DNA from: Acidobacteriota bacterium
Lineage (GTDB): Bacteria; Acidobacteriota; UBA6911; RPQK01; JAJDTT01
NCBI GenBank assembly: GCA_965263035.1
Contig: OZ253580.1
Coordinates: 5,312,001-5,376,000, forward strand
Length of the DNA stretch: 64,000 nt
Direction: 5' to 3'
In this document: in pieces, positions 1-10,825 of the stretch
Layout of the letters: the number at the start of each line of letters is the position of its first letter
Position numbering within the stretch: position 1 is the first letter of the stretch
Notes under the pieces: model-generated
Told to the model about the DNA's origin: nothing
What the model saw: only the letters and a program-made list of their open reading frames with translations
Database searches by the model: none
Position numbers and translations under genes: made by a program

Positions 1-696
1 GGACGCCTCGACCGGCATCACCGGGACCAGCGTCCAGGCGAGGCGGAACTGCAGGCGCGAATCACCAACTACGAGTTGGCGGCGGGTATGCAGTTGGCGG
101 CCAGCGATGCCCTGGACATCTCCCAGGAGAGCGCCGCGACGCGGGAGATGTACGGTGTCGGCCAGGAAGAGACCGACTCGTACGGGCGGCGTTGCCTGAT
201 GGCCCGTCGTCTGGTGGAACGGGGTGTCCGGTTGGTCCAACTGTATATCGAGGGGCAGATCTGGGATACCCACCAGAACCTGCAGCAGGCGCTGGGGTAC
301 GCTTGCGGCAAGACCGACAAACCCGTATCCGCTTTGCTGAAGGACCTGAAACAACGGGGCCTCCTCGACTCGACACTGCTGGTGTGGGGCGGGGAATTCG
401 GCCGGCTGCCTCTGTCTCAGAGTCGACAGGGGAACCTGGCGGGACGCGACCATGGGCCGGCAGGCTTCTCGGTCTGGCTGGCTGGAGGAGGCGTCCGCGG
501 TGGGACCGTCTACGGATCCACCGACGAGATCGGCTTCAGGGCGGTGGAGAACCGGGTCAGCGTCCACGATCTCCACGCCACCATCCTGCACCAGCTCGGG
601 TTGGGTCACCGGGAGCTGGTCATGGTCCGGGAGGGCCGCAGCGAACGCCTCACCGACGAGTTTCCAGCCCGGGTGGTTAAGGAGATCCTGGCGTAG
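1..696 (+). CDS. DUF1501 family protein, 3' part (starts before the window); copy 1
   Basis: Motifs YGRRCLMARRLVERGVR, WDTH, VWGGEFGR, RDH, HDLHATILHQLG; open from position 1. Confidence 0.9.
   Translation, partial: GRLDRHHRDQRPGEAELQARITNYELAAGMQLAASDALDISQESAATREMYGVGQEETDSYGRRCLMARRLVERGVRLVQLYIEGQIWDTHQNLQQALGYACGKTDKPVSALLKDLKQRGLLDSTLLVWGGEFGRLPLSQSRQGNLAGRDHGPAGFSVWLAGGGVRGGTVYGSTDEIGFRAVENRVSVHDLHATILHQLGLGHRELVMVREGRSERLTDEFPARVVKEILA
1..696 (+). repeat. Direct repeat of 11612-12307 (offset 11611)
   Basis: Identical by eye except three synonymous changes in the last ~35 nt (ttt cca/ttc ccg, gtt/gtg). Confidence 0.95.
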
Positions 697-1180
697 CCGT
701 TGGTGGCAACGTTTGCCACCGGCTTAACGCTCCGTTCGGCTAGTGGATTTCGATTGAGAGCGAGTTGAAGTCACAACCCGCGCCGGGCTGCCACCCTGTA
801 TTCGATCTGTGTACGCTGCCGTCAACGAGGATTGAAGTCCTGATCATTCCTGGATGTTCCCGACGCGTGAACGAAAAAGCCCCAAGGGATCGGCCTCGCT
901 CATGGTCACCGATCCTGAGTCGAGGATGGGAGCGCGGCGTACTGCCAAGGGGCGAGTAACGTAAAAGTAGTTGATTCTCATCTGGAGTTCAAACGCTGGT
1001 GCGGTCGAGCACGTGTGGGCGGGCAGGTCTCAGACGGATCCTTGGATGCTTGTGGCGTGCAGAGCAGATCTCCGAGAAGCGCATGGAGGCGACGTATGGA
1101 GTTTCGAGCCGGGACGCGCCTTCCGAGGCTCCTTGACCGGAACGCCTTCCCGAAATACTGTTCTGATAGGAAGCTTTGCC

Positions 1181-1423
1181 ATGATCGCCAAGATCACTTC
1201 GAAACGCCAAGTCGCGTTTCCCGCACCGGTTCCGGATGCGCTGGGTGTGGGGCCCGGTGACCAGCTCGAACTGGAAGAATGCCGGGACGGATTCACGCTA
1301 CGGCCAAGACGAACCGACTATTCTCGCCTCGGGACGCTACGCAACAAGATCCCTCCAGGACATCCGCCGTTCGAGATCGAAAGGTTCAGGAAAGAACCTC
1401 ATGACCCGGCGTTTCGGGATTGA
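1181..1423 (+). CDS. AbrB/MazE/SpoVT-family antitoxin
   Basis: AKITSKRQVAFP..VPDALGVGPGDQLE swapped-hairpin motif. Confidence 0.85.
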   Translation: MIAKITSKRQVAFPAPVPDALGVGPGDQLELEECRDGFTLRPRRTDYSRLGTLRNKIPPGHPPFEIERFRKEPHDPAFRD

Positions 1424-1478
1424 CCTCTCGGTCCTCGGCCGTCTGCTCGCGGGATATTCGTTAGTGGAAATCAGGTAG
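1400..1478 (+). pseudogene. Truncated PIN/VapC toxin N-terminus
   Basis: MTRRFGIDLSVLGRLLAG resembles the PIN start motif (xDTSVLxRxL); overlaps the antitoxin end and stops after ~25 aa. Confidence 0.55.
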
Positions 1479-1488
1479 AGCGACGACA

Positions 1489-2143
1489 ATGACCCTCCCG
1501 ACGATATTCGGAATCTGTAGGCCGCGCGCGGACGTTCTCAGAGGCGCGATCACCGAGGCCGATTTCGCAGCCGATCTGGCTCAAGTCATCAAAGGCTCGG
1601 CCAGCGACGAGTATCGCGACCCGGCGCGCTTCTTCGCCAACACCTATCCCACCCGGGGTCTTAGGAACCTGCTCGCCAACGTCTGTCGGCGGCTGACCGG
1701 TGTAGGCGGTGAGGTCGCATCGATTTTTCGGCTCGACACCTCCTACGGTGGACGCCATCGAGCAGCAGACGCGTGAAGCCGAGGGGCAGGGCTTCGATAT
1801 CGATTCCGTGACGGCGAGCGACGTCACTGTGCCGGAACGATCTGCTTCGCCGGTGACCATGGAAGATCTGGATCGGGTGATCCGATCACCGGATTTGATG
1901 CCGCCCGGCTTTGAGGTGCGACCGCTGGGGCGGTGCGAATATGGCGTGCTCAAACCCGGGATGCAGGAGCGGGTCCGGATGACAACCGACCCGGCGTACT
2001 ACGAAGAGCATGCCGAAAGCCTGGAACTCTGGTCGCCGGGCAATCCGCTGTTTACAGCTCCAGAGTTCATGGCACCGGCGGAGGAAATGCCAGTCGCCAA
2101 GACGTTGAAGGACATCCTGGAGGACAGACCTGAGTATTCCTGA
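1489..2143 (+). pseudogene. Deletion relic: DUF499 ATPase N-terminus joined out of frame to the C-terminus of another gene (probably SNF2 helicase)
   Basis: EADFAADL..YRDPARFFANTYPT..RLDTSYGG breaks off at the Walker A (expected YGGGKTH) near 1750; a different C-terminal reading frame follows. Confidence 0.65.
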
Positions 2144-2458
2144 CGTGCTCTTCAATGAGGTCTATCCCGGAAGCCGGGTCTTCCAGGAAACAGATTGAAG
2201 AAGATTCGCCTCTTGGTGTGCAGGCGGAGACGGTACAATTGGGTCAATGGTTTTTCGGATCGGCACGGAATTTCAGAACATGCAAGACATTCGATAGAGT
2301 GAAAACGATGATCGTGGCATTGTCCCGGTGCCTCACCCGGCCTGGACTACTTGGCGACGAGCCGAAGCTGATCCCCATAGTTGAGCCGTCGGCTGACAAC
2401 ACAGCCCGAACGATGGTCGGACAGAACTGTTCGGAAAGAAACAGGGAGTGACAACGCA

Positions 2459-3568
2459 ATGAGCGATGGGCAATCCGCTCAATTGGCGGAGACTGAAAAC
2501 ATCGAGGGTCTGGATCTCGACGACAAAGGGTCCTGGGGCAATTATCCGCTCGACGATCTGCTGATTCGTGATGATCGCAGAACGGTTTACGATGTCCTTC
2601 GGCGAATCCGTCGCGGTACGTACGTGATGAATCCGGACTTCCAACGCGATTTCATCTGGCCGGAAGACAAACAGAGCAAGTTGATCGAATCCGTGATCAT
2701 GCGCATTCCCCTGCCGGTGTTCTACATGGCCGAAGACAGGGAAGGGCGGATGGTAGTGGTCGACGGTTTGCAGCGCCTGTCCACGTTCAAACAATTCGTA
2801 GACGGAGAGCTGAAGTTGCGGCTGCCGGACCGCGCAGAACTCAACGGCAAGCGTTTCTCGGATCTTCCGCCGAAATTTCAGAATCGAATCGAGGACTGCA
2901 ACCTCATTTTCTACATCATCGACTCCAAAGCGCCGGAACCAGTCCGCTTGGACATATTCGAGCGAGTGAACGGCGGTATGCCACTTACCCGGCAACAAAT
3001 GCGCAACTGTCTGTTCATGGGTGCAGCCACCCGATTCCTCAAACGGGAGGCACGAACAGACATTTTTCTGAAGGCGACCGGAAAAAGCCTGAATCAGAAG
3101 ACCATGCGGGACCGTGAGTTCGTCAATCGATTTTGCGCGTTCCAACTGCTTGGTCTTGATGAATACCATGGCGACATGGACGATTTTCTGGCGAAATGCC
3201 TGAGTTCCATGAACAAAATGCAGGGACCCGACTTGGAGAGAATGTCGAAGGAACATCGCAGGGGACTCTCGAACAACTTGCTTCTATTCAAGCGCCATGC
3301 CTTCAGAAAACACTTTCCTGGGCAGGTGGCGCGCAACGTCATCAACGCGTCTCTCTGGGATGTGATGTCCACCGGGTTGTCCCACTACTCAGAAGACCGG
3401 GTCAGAGCGTGCTCTGAACGTCTTCGTTCGGCGATATATCAACTTCTTGATGACGACGAGTTCCATAACGCGATTACATACGCTACGAACGGTACGCCCA
3501 GGGTGAGGATCCGCTTTCAGAAGACACGGAACGTTTTTGAGGAGGTTCTCGGTGTTCACTCAGATTGA
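2459..3568 (+). CDS. DUF262 (ParB-like/GmrSD) protein, Menshen NsnA-like
   Basis: PDFQRDFIW, LIES..MRIPLP, VVDGLQRL, IFERVNGGMPLT. Confidence 0.9.
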   Translation: MSDGQSAQLAETENIEGLDLDDKGSWGNYPLDDLLIRDDRRTVYDVLRRIRRGTYVMNPDFQRDFIWPEDKQSKLIESVIMRIPLPVFYMAEDREGRMVVVDGLQRLSTFKQFVDGELKLRLPDRAELNGKRFSDLPPKFQNRIEDCNLIFYIIDSKAPEPVRLDIFERVNGGMPLTRQQMRNCLFMGAATRFLKREARTDIFLKATGKSLNQKTMRDREFVNRFCAFQLLGLDEYHGDMDDFLAKCLSSMNKMQGPDLERMSKEHRRGLSNNLLLFKRHAFRKHFPGQVARNVINASLWDVMSTGLSHYSEDRVRACSERLRSAIYQLLDDDEFHNAITYATNGTPRVRIRFQKTRNVFEEVLGVHSD

Positions 3569-4691
3569 CCTACGGCACTTCAAGTGTTTCGCCTTGTTGA
3601 AGCTGCCGTTGCGGCCGCTGACTCTGCTGTCGGGCCTCAACGCCTCCGGGAAATCGTCAGTGATACAGGCGCTCGCTCTGTTGCACCAGACCATGCGTGA
3701 ACATGAATGGTCAACGCGATTGATGCTAAACGGCTACGCCGTTCAACTCGGCACGGCCGAGGACGTGATCGACAAGATCACCGGCACGCGTCACTTCGGG
3801 ATCGGGCTGCTGGATGGTGAGGCAGTGTATCGATGGCAATTCGAAGGTGGGCGAACCAGGATGTCCTTGGGTGTGGTGGGGGTCAGCATTGACGGTAACG
3901 GCGCTAACGAACCGGAATCGTTGCGCCATTTGTTGCCGTTGAATGCTGACCGTTCGGTGTCTAGCCGCCTCTGTCGGATGACCTATCTGACCGCTGAAAG
4001 GCTGGGTCCCCGTGAGACGTATGTGTTGGAGGAACCCGGCCTCAGACCTGTCGTCGGGCCGGCGGGAGAACATGCGGTCAGCGTTCTTTACGCTGGGCGG
4101 GATGAACGCGTTCCGAACGCGTTGGTGATAAAAGGCGTGCCACCGATTCGGCTGCGACAAGTCGAAGCACGGATGGGCCACTTCTTTCCCGGTTGTGAAT
4201 TGGCGATTGCCAAGATTCCGAGGGCCAATGCCGTGACGTTGGGCATTCGAACCTCGAAAGACGTGGATTTTCATCGTCCAACGCATACCGGCTTCGGGAT
4301 TACGCAGGTTTTGCCCATTGTGGTGGCGGCTCTGTCGGCGCGTCGTAATGATTTGCTGTTGATCGAGAATCCCGAGGTACATCTCCACCCCGCCGGACAG
4401 GCGCTGATGGGCGAATTCCTGGCGGAAATCGCCGACGGAGGCGTGCAGGTGATTCTGGAGACACATAGCGACCATGTACTGAATGGCGTCCGGCGTGCGG
4501 TCAAGAACAAGACGTTGCCCCCTGACGATGTCGCCCTGCATTTCTTTCGGCCGCGGCAGGATGCAGAGCGCGAGGGTCTCCCGCAGGTGCAGAGCCCGTT
4601 GATCGATGGCGACGGGAACATCGACGATTGGCCCGAGGGATTCTTCGATCAGTTCGACAAGGACATGAATTACTTCGCCGGATGGAATTGA
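3552..4691 (+). CDS. ABC/AAA ATPase with DUF3696, Menshen NsnB-like
   Basis: GLNASGKSS Walker A, GFGITQVLP signature, LLIENPEVHLHP Walker B, ETHSDH, C-terminal WPEGFFDQ. Confidence 0.9.
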   Translation: MFTQIDLRHFKCFALLKLPLRPLTLLSGLNASGKSSVIQALALLHQTMREHEWSTRLMLNGYAVQLGTAEDVIDKITGTRHFGIGLLDGEAVYRWQFEGGRTRMSLGVVGVSIDGNGANEPESLRHLLPLNADRSVSSRLCRMTYLTAERLGPRETYVLEEPGLRPVVGPAGEHAVSVLYAGRDERVPNALVIKGVPPIRLRQVEARMGHFFPGCELAIAKIPRANAVTLGIRTSKDVDFHRPTHTGFGITQVLPIVVAALSARRNDLLLIENPEVHLHPAGQALMGEFLAEIADGGVQVILETHSDHVLNGVRRAVKNKTLPPDDVALHFFRPRQDAEREGLPQVQSPLIDGDGNIDDWPEGFFDQFDKDMNYFAGWN

Positions 4692-4692
4692 C

Positions 4693-5652
4693 GTGGAGAT
4701 CTTCGTCAACGAAAAGTCAATTCACGGACAATTCCACGATATTCAGTCTTTTCGGGACGCGGTTGCACGGTTGATGACCATGAGGACGGTCGCCCGGCGT
4801 TTCAATCGGAACGTCTATTGTCATCGAGCCATCTTGAATGCCGAGGCGATGCCCGGCGTGTTGATGCCGCGAGCCATCGGCCAGCTTGCAGAAAGCCAAC
4901 GGCGATCCGTGATGATCTGGCTGAGTCGTCGCGGCCCTTTCTGGAATGATCTTCGCCGACACGGCGGAGGTGACTATCTCAAGTGCAACCACGAAATAGT
5001 CACTGACACTGCCGTTGGCGAGGCTGCATACCGAAACCTCCATGGTGTCCGTTGCGGATTGGTCAGCGCCCTGCCCTCCGATTGGAATTTTTCGCCCGTC
5101 GAGGTGATCTGGCGTCGGGAAGCCGAAGGAATGGATGACCGGCGCACCGCTCTCAAGAACTGGTGGGAACCCGCTGAATTCGAGAGGTCCCTGGAGAACA
5201 TAGCGCCGCCGATCGGCGCATGGAAAGATCTTTACGACGTTTCCAGGTCCCGCTTTGTGAAGCTGGCCTTTGCCGACGATTGGCTTGAACCTCTCGATGG
5301 GATTCCTTTCGCCAAGAGCTCGGCGGAGCAGATCTTCTTCCTGCTCTCCATTCTCGAACGCTTCGCACACGCCTTCGACGCAAACGGCGTACGGACGCCC
5401 GAAGGACAACAGATCTTGCAGGATTACTTCACTGGGGAAAACGCGCGTTTTTCCGACTCCTCGGACACGGAAAAAAAGCGGTTCCGCAATGAGTTGACAT
5501 TTCGGCATCCAACCGAGCCCGGAAAATACCTGTTCGGCACCTGGCACGGCAAGGTGCGCCGCCTGACGCTCCGACTGCATTATTCTTGGACAAGAAGATC
5601 CGACGATCGTGTATTCATCCTGTATGCTGGCCCGAAGATCACTCGGAAGTAG
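4693..5652 (+). CDS. Hypothetical third gene of Menshen-like operon (NsnC position)
   Basis: Starts 1 bp after the ATPase stop; C-terminal WHGK..LRLHY.W....ILYAGPK resembles RelE-like RNase folds. Confidence 0.7.
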   Translation: MEIFVNEKSIHGQFHDIQSFRDAVARLMTMRTVARRFNRNVYCHRAILNAEAMPGVLMPRAIGQLAESQRRSVMIWLSRRGPFWNDLRRHGGGDYLKCNHEIVTDTAVGEAAYRNLHGVRCGLVSALPSDWNFSPVEVIWRREAEGMDDRRTALKNWWEPAEFERSLENIAPPIGAWKDLYDVSRSRFVKLAFADDWLEPLDGIPFAKSSAEQIFFLLSILERFAHAFDANGVRTPEGQQILQDYFTGENARFSDSSDTEKKRFRNELTFRHPTEPGKYLFGTWHGKVRRLTLRLHYSWTRRSDDRVFILYAGPKITRK

Positions 5653-5755
5653 AAGGATTAACAGCAGAGTGATCAACGACACCGATATCCAAGCGGGCAG
5701 TGAATAGGGGACAGTCATGTTCTCCCTATTTCCTTCGCCTGTTTCCCCTTTCACT

Positions 5756-6156
5756 GAACTCCCAGCGCCTCCTGCCTCCAAGGGAACATCAGCTGCATCC
5801 AAGCCACTACCTGGCAGCAGATCAACCGGCTCCTGGTCCTTTGGGCAAACCGGCAGGGGCTGGAACGGGGCCGCAAGATTCGGGTCGACGCCACGGCCGT
5901 GGAAAGCCCCAACCGCTATCCGCAGGACTCTCAGTTGTTGTCCGATTCGGTTCGAGTCCTCACCCGGTGGCTGCGCCGTCTGGCCCGTCATCACAAGATC
6001 CTCTTTCACGATCACCAGCGTCGGGCCAAGCGACGTCATCTGAACATCGTCAAGCACCGAGGCAAGCGCCGCCAGCGGGCGTACCAGGATCTTCTGCGCG
6101 GCCTGATCAGTGCGCCTCCGCACGGGAAAACCGCATTTCCATCTTGTCAGGGTTGA
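5756..6156 (+). pseudogene. ISNCY/IS5-like transposase fragment
   Basis: Frame reads LQGNIS..QINRLLV..ERGRKIRVDATAVESPNRYPQDSQLLSDSVRVLTR; lacks both ends. Confidence 0.7.
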
Positions 6157-6414
6157 GTTGGTACTTCTTGCAGACCCGAAGGGAGTGCTCTCGATCAGAT
6201 TCGGCTATCGTGCTGCTTCCCTTCGCAATTTGGATGTGAATGCTATTCTTCTTCAGGGACGCCTTCTGGACGGCTCCCTGTCCGGTCTCACGTCTACCGT
6301 CCGTTCAACGAGGGCATGGCCGTAGTATCTTGGGATGCTCCCCCTTGTATCCGGGGCAGACGTGGGGGAGCGGAAGTCCGAGAAACGTTGCCAATAGGCA
6401 GATTATGTGGATCA

Positions 6415-7464
6415 TTAGGCTTGTCTTCTCGAACCAATAGATCGGAATGTTCGGTTTGCAGGGTCCCACTCTATCCCATCGTGGTACGCTCGCTTGAGAA
6501 ACATGAGAATCTCCGTTGATCGCTGAGGTGTTCCATTTGCAAAAGCGGGACCTTGTCCAGCAAAAGGAGAGTCAAAAATGGAGTCCGCCACCTCAAGCAA
6601 AATGGAGAGCATTTCAGGATTTGCGGATCTGATATCGCTCCGATGTCCTCTGCGATAGTTTATGATCTCAATCCCCGCGGAGAGAAACTTGGGAGGTGTG
6701 CGATCTTGTACAAACCACGCGCACAATTCGGAAACTGATACTGGCAAGCCTCGGTTATTGAGTTCTGCCTCCGCCCGGCGCCATAGCCTCCAACTGAAAA
6801 ATGTGTCTAAAACAGAACTCAAGGATTGGCCGTCGGGAGGTACTGGATGCGTGTCGGGGAATCTCTCTTTGATCAACTTGTACGTTGTCCAAGCTATGAA
6901 TCTCCACATGTCCAAGGACACATTCAGTTCAGGATACTTCGGAGGTGGCGTGTGTTGTTCAACAAACCTCCACTTGTTGTATCCATCTCGGCTTTTCAAA
7001 AGGAAATCGGAAGCAGTCGGGATGCTTCTCATTATGGACTTGTACTCGTCGCGGAGTGTGGATTCAAAATGGTGGAGTGCTCGTGAATCCTCGGCCTCCG
7101 AGTTGGCACTTCCTCGAACTTTGGAAGGAGGAGTCGCCCACAAACTGTAGCTCTCGCGATACCTGTCTTCGAAATAAGCCTTAAATGACTCTGGGAGTTT
7201 TGAAAACAAGTGGTTTAGATCATGCTTCCCTCCACTATCGCGATCATGGATTTGAAGCAAGAACCTGATACTTTTCTCTAGACCCAAACAAATCCGCTCC
7301 ATGTATGGTCGGATGCCCATTAGATTCATGTGCGGAGCACACCACGTGTACGATCCAAAGGAAGAATTCCTATAATCCTCCTCGTAGACAAGTAAATCCA
7401 TTGCCAACACGTGCTGCCTATGCTCAACTTTTTCCGACGTCAGTTTCGACATACTCATATGCAC
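6415..7464 (-). CDS. Hypothetical protein with HEPN-like N-terminal domain
   Basis: GLEKSIRFLL..GGKHDLNHLFSKLP..YNKWRF pattern; lower GC than the backbone. Confidence 0.6.
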   Translation of the reverse strand: MHMSMSKLTSEKVEHRQHVLAMDLLVYEEDYRNSSFGSYTWCAPHMNLMGIRPYMERICLGLEKSIRFLLQIHDRDSGGKHDLNHLFSKLPESFKAYFEDRYRESYSLWATPPSKVRGSANSEAEDSRALHHFESTLRDEYKSIMRSIPTASDFLLKSRDGYNKWRFVEQHTPPPKYPELNVSLDMWRFIAWTTYKLIKERFPDTHPVPPDGQSLSSVLDTFFSWRLWRRAEAELNNRGLPVSVSELCAWFVQDRTPPKFLSAGIEIINYRRGHRSDIRSANPEMLSILLEVADSIFDSPFAGQGPAFANGTPQRSTEILMFLKRAYHDGIEWDPANRTFRSIGSRRQA

Positions 7465-7497
7465 GCTCTCCTGAGTCGATTTCCGACGGGTAAGGGA

Positions 7498-9600
7498 TCA
7501 GGACTGACTCCGCCCTCGTTCGAGGCCTTGGTGCCGATACCCAGCAAGGTACTTGTCCACTAGCTCGAGGACGTCACCTAAATCCCTCGGTCGAGTGGAC
7601 TTCAGCTTTTCGATCCTGTCTCGTAAAATCTCCTCGCTGCTATACACGTCAACCAAGGCATCCCACTCCAAACGAAAAGAACGGTGAATGACCCTTCCGA
7701 CTTCCTCCTGTGTCAACGTACGTGCTGACTCAAGCAGAGCCCGGGTCACGCAGGACGAATCTGGGACTTCGAGTGGCGGTTCATCGGGATCGGAGTCTTG
7801 TTTTACAAAGACAAAGGTCTGGAGGAGGCATTTTTCTTTGGCCAGAGATTCGACTGGCGCAGATCGAACTTTCTCTCGCCAGGTTCTCTCGAGTTCCTGT
7901 GCCGCGTGCTTCAAGACGAGTTCGTGTCCTGTTCCGTTTTGGTGTCCGACCAACATTATCAGTTCCCACTTGGCCGACAACTGTTCGATCTGGGGCAGAA
8001 TGCGTCGAACAACATCCTCTATTCGGTCAGGGTTTTCGAGCTTTTGCAACAGCCGCAAAACTACACTTCTGACGGCGTGGCGTGGTTCGAGGTCAAAAAA
8101 ACCTTGCCGGAGATCAGGCAACTCGGGTAGGAGATTGAGTAGTACGACGCTTCCTGGTACTACGTGCTTCGGCGCGAACTGATTCTCGTACACTCCAAGG
8201 CACCCGATGACATCCTGGCGTCTTTCAGCGGGCAGCGTCCGCAGGAAGTTGTCGAAGGCTTCACCGTCGGCCATGTGACGCCATGCTTGTTCCGCTTCGG
8301 TAGATGCCTGGGAACCTTTATTGGGGACTCGTTCCAAGTACAGACGCAGGTAATCTTCATGCGCCACGCGCCGCTCCCGAACCCACGCAGCCTTAAAGTC
8401 ATCGCCGTGGTGGGAGCCGCCAACATCCGCTTGGGTTAATGGGAACAAGTTGGAGATGAGTCGACGGGCGACGCTCCTGTTGCGGTCCCCTGCCTTATCG
8501 ATCAGTTCTTTGATCTGATTCTCGAACGACGATGAATCCGATGAATCCGATGAATCTCCATAAATGGGTAGATCCCGACCCGAAGTCGTGGTGAGGCTGG
8601 GTATCGATTTGTGCAAGGTAGAAAACAAATCCGGAAGAGACATGCGAACGGCTTCGAGGCCGAGAACATCCACCAGGGCGATTTGGCCGTTGAGGGCTCG
8701 CACAGTACCGCGAATTGCAGTGGCATAGCGACGAACATGTCGTATGCTCCTTATGAGGGGCCGGACAACGTCGTGAAAAACGTCGGGCCAGCGTTCCTTG
8801 TCGAATGGACCGGCGTTTTCGATCCCGGAAAGTGCATTGTCGATCGCTTGGGTGATCTGGCTGACCATCACTTTTTCCGGAACCTCGGGGAGATCGATAG
8901 CCCACTGTAGAATTTTCTCAAGGTAATCTCGTCCAGAGATCCCCTCCTGTCCGCCCAGTGCGTTTTCCACCCGAGCGCGGTCGAATGCCGTGATGTAGAT
9001 AATATTGGGGAAATTCGCGGTCAGCCGGACGAGCTTGAAAACCGCTCGGATTTCCGGGGTCGTCAGGCGGTCGATGTCATCGACAACGACAACGAGTGGC
9101 TTCGTGAGGTCAGCAAGGGCCTTCTCCACCTTGCCCTTGCGCCCGGTGATTCCCTCCTTCCTGAGCTCGCGTAGCTTTGCAAGAGGTTTCATCATCAGTC
9201 TCAGCCGTTCAATCCATGGCCCAACTACAGGTAGCCATCCCATTCCGGAGAAGATCTCTCCATAGCGTTCCAAACTCTCAGCCAATTCATCAAAACGACG
9301 ACAGTCACGGCCTCTAAGCTGCGCCGAAAGTTCAACGAAGAAGGACTCGACGAGCTGTTCGGTGCCGCTGAACATCCACGGGTTGAAGTCGAGGATCTCG
9401 ATTCCCGCTTTTTTCAGGTGCGGACGAACCAGATTGACAAAAGATGTTTTTCCTGAACCCCAGGGGCCCAAGACACCGGTCACGACACCCTCCGAGGCGT
9501 CGAGCGAAAGAAGCTGTTCGGAAAACGATTCCGCCAGCTTTGCCCTGCCGAGGACATCCTCCTCGGGATTCTGGATTGGAATATCAATCCTAACTTTCAT
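7498..9600 (-). CDS. KAP family P-loop NTPase
   Basis: D.LGR, GPWGSGKTS, FNPWMFS, VVVVDDIDRL, YLEKI. Confidence 0.92.
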   Translation of the reverse strand: MKVRIDIPIQNPEEDVLGRAKLAESFSEQLLSLDASEGVVTGVLGPWGSGKTSFVNLVRPHLKKAGIEILDFNPWMFSGTEQLVESFFVELSAQLRGRDCRRFDELAESLERYGEIFSGMGWLPVVGPWIERLRLMMKPLAKLRELRKEGITGRKGKVEKALADLTKPLVVVVDDIDRLTTPEIRAVFKLVRLTANFPNIIYITAFDRARVENALGGQEGISGRDYLEKILQWAIDLPEVPEKVMVSQITQAIDNALSGIENAGPFDKERWPDVFHDVVRPLIRSIRHVRRYATAIRGTVRALNGQIALVDVLGLEAVRMSLPDLFSTLHKSIPSLTTTSGRDLPIYGDSSDSSDSSSFENQIKELIDKAGDRNRSVARRLISNLFPLTQADVGGSHHGDDFKAAWVRERRVAHEDYLRLYLERVPNKGSQASTEAEQAWRHMADGEAFDNFLRTLPAERRQDVIGCLGVYENQFAPKHVVPGSVVLLNLLPELPDLRQGFFDLEPRHAVRSVVLRLLQKLENPDRIEDVVRRILPQIEQLSAKWELIMLVGHQNGTGHELVLKHAAQELERTWREKVRSAPVESLAKEKCLLQTFVFVKQDSDPDEPPLEVPDSSCVTRALLESARTLTQEEVGRVIHRSFRLEWDALVDVYSSEEILRDRIEKLKSTRPRDLGDVLELVDKYLAGYRHQGLERGRSQS

Positions 9601-9710
9601 GGTCCTTTAGACCCCATCTCACGGCCGGAGACGGGGAACGCCGGCGGCCTTCGGGCCCGCTCCAGCGCCCGCCCTCCGGTCGTTGATGCTAGCACGGGGG
9701 TCTGTCCTCA

Positions 9711-10814
9711 TGGGAACGCCATGACGCTCATCCGACGAGCCAGCGTGACTGTCCCCTGCTCGGCTTTCCCGACATGGGAGGCCGGCCGACGGCGGTTCAT
9801 GTCCTGGGCCGGGGACAACACCAGAATCCCTTGGACCCTGTTGCTCCGGGAATCCCCTCCGTTCTGGGCGTGGGCCTCGATCCCTATCGGCTGGAAAAAC
9901 CGAAGTGGACGACCGACACCAGCGGGCGCCGGTCGGCGCTGGCCAAATGGCTCGTGCAACCGCGGCACCCGCTCACCGCCCGGGTTCTGGTGAATCGCAT
10001 CTGACAGTACTACTTCGGCTCGGGACTGGTGAAGACGGTGGGAAACTTCGGCCGGACCGGCTCGCCTCCCTCGCACCCCGAGCTCCTTGACTGGCTGGCC
10101 ACGGAGTTCGTCCGGAGCGGATGGAGCATGAAAGCGCTCCACCGGATGATTTTGACCTCCACGTCGTACCGTCAGAGTTCTCGGCGGAATCCGGGAATCG
10201 ATGGTGACCCCGGCAACCGGCTGCTGGCCTTCTTTCCCATGCGCCGGTTGGATGCCGACGCCGTCCGCGACTCCATCCTGAAGGTTTCCGGGCGGCTCGA
10301 TGCGACACCGTTCGGACCTCCCGATCCCATCGAGGAGAAGCCGGATGGAGAGGTGGTGGCCAAGGAGTCGAAGCAGGGGTACCGGAGAAGCATCTATCTG
10401 ATGCAGCGGCGCTCGACCCCGGTCACCATGCTGGACACCTTCGACGCGCCCCAGTTGCGGCCCAACTGCCTGGTGCGGAGTCGGTCCACCGTCTCCTCCC
10501 AGGCTCTGCAATTGATGAACAGCGAAACCGTCCGGGCCAGTGCCCGTTTCATGGCGGGAAGAGTAATCGACACTGTCGGCCGCGAGCCGGCGGCGCAGGT
10601 GGAGAGAGTCTATCTGGCGGCTCTGGGCCGACCACCATCGGCCGAGGAACTGGAATGGAGCAAGTCGACACTGGCTGACATGACCAAGGAGTGGAAACGG
10701 CATCTGGACCAGGACCGGTCGCCCGAGCCGCGGCAGGGCAGGGCACAATGGCTGGCGCTGGGCACCTTCTGCCATACCTTCTTCAATACCGCAGAATTCC
10801 TCTACGTCGATTGA
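9711..10814 (+). pseudogene. DUF1553 (PSD1) protein, 5'-truncated with an internal stop
   Basis: [17 protein letters not shown]: TGA at 10002 replaces the conserved Trp; continues in frame as PSHPELLDWLA, RRLDADAVRDS. Confidence 0.8.
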
Positions 10815-10825
10815 GGAGCCTGAAG

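Noticed and set aside
8531-8556. Tandem GATGAATCC x3
   Set aside because: In-frame microsatellite encoding DSSDSSDS in the KAP protein; not a CRISPR array or iteron
10002-10004. TGA read-through (selenocysteine or recoding) in the DUF1553 gene
   Set aside because: It replaces a conserved Trp (TGG>TGA) in a 5'-truncated copy, and other genes use TGA as stop, so it is a nonsense mutation
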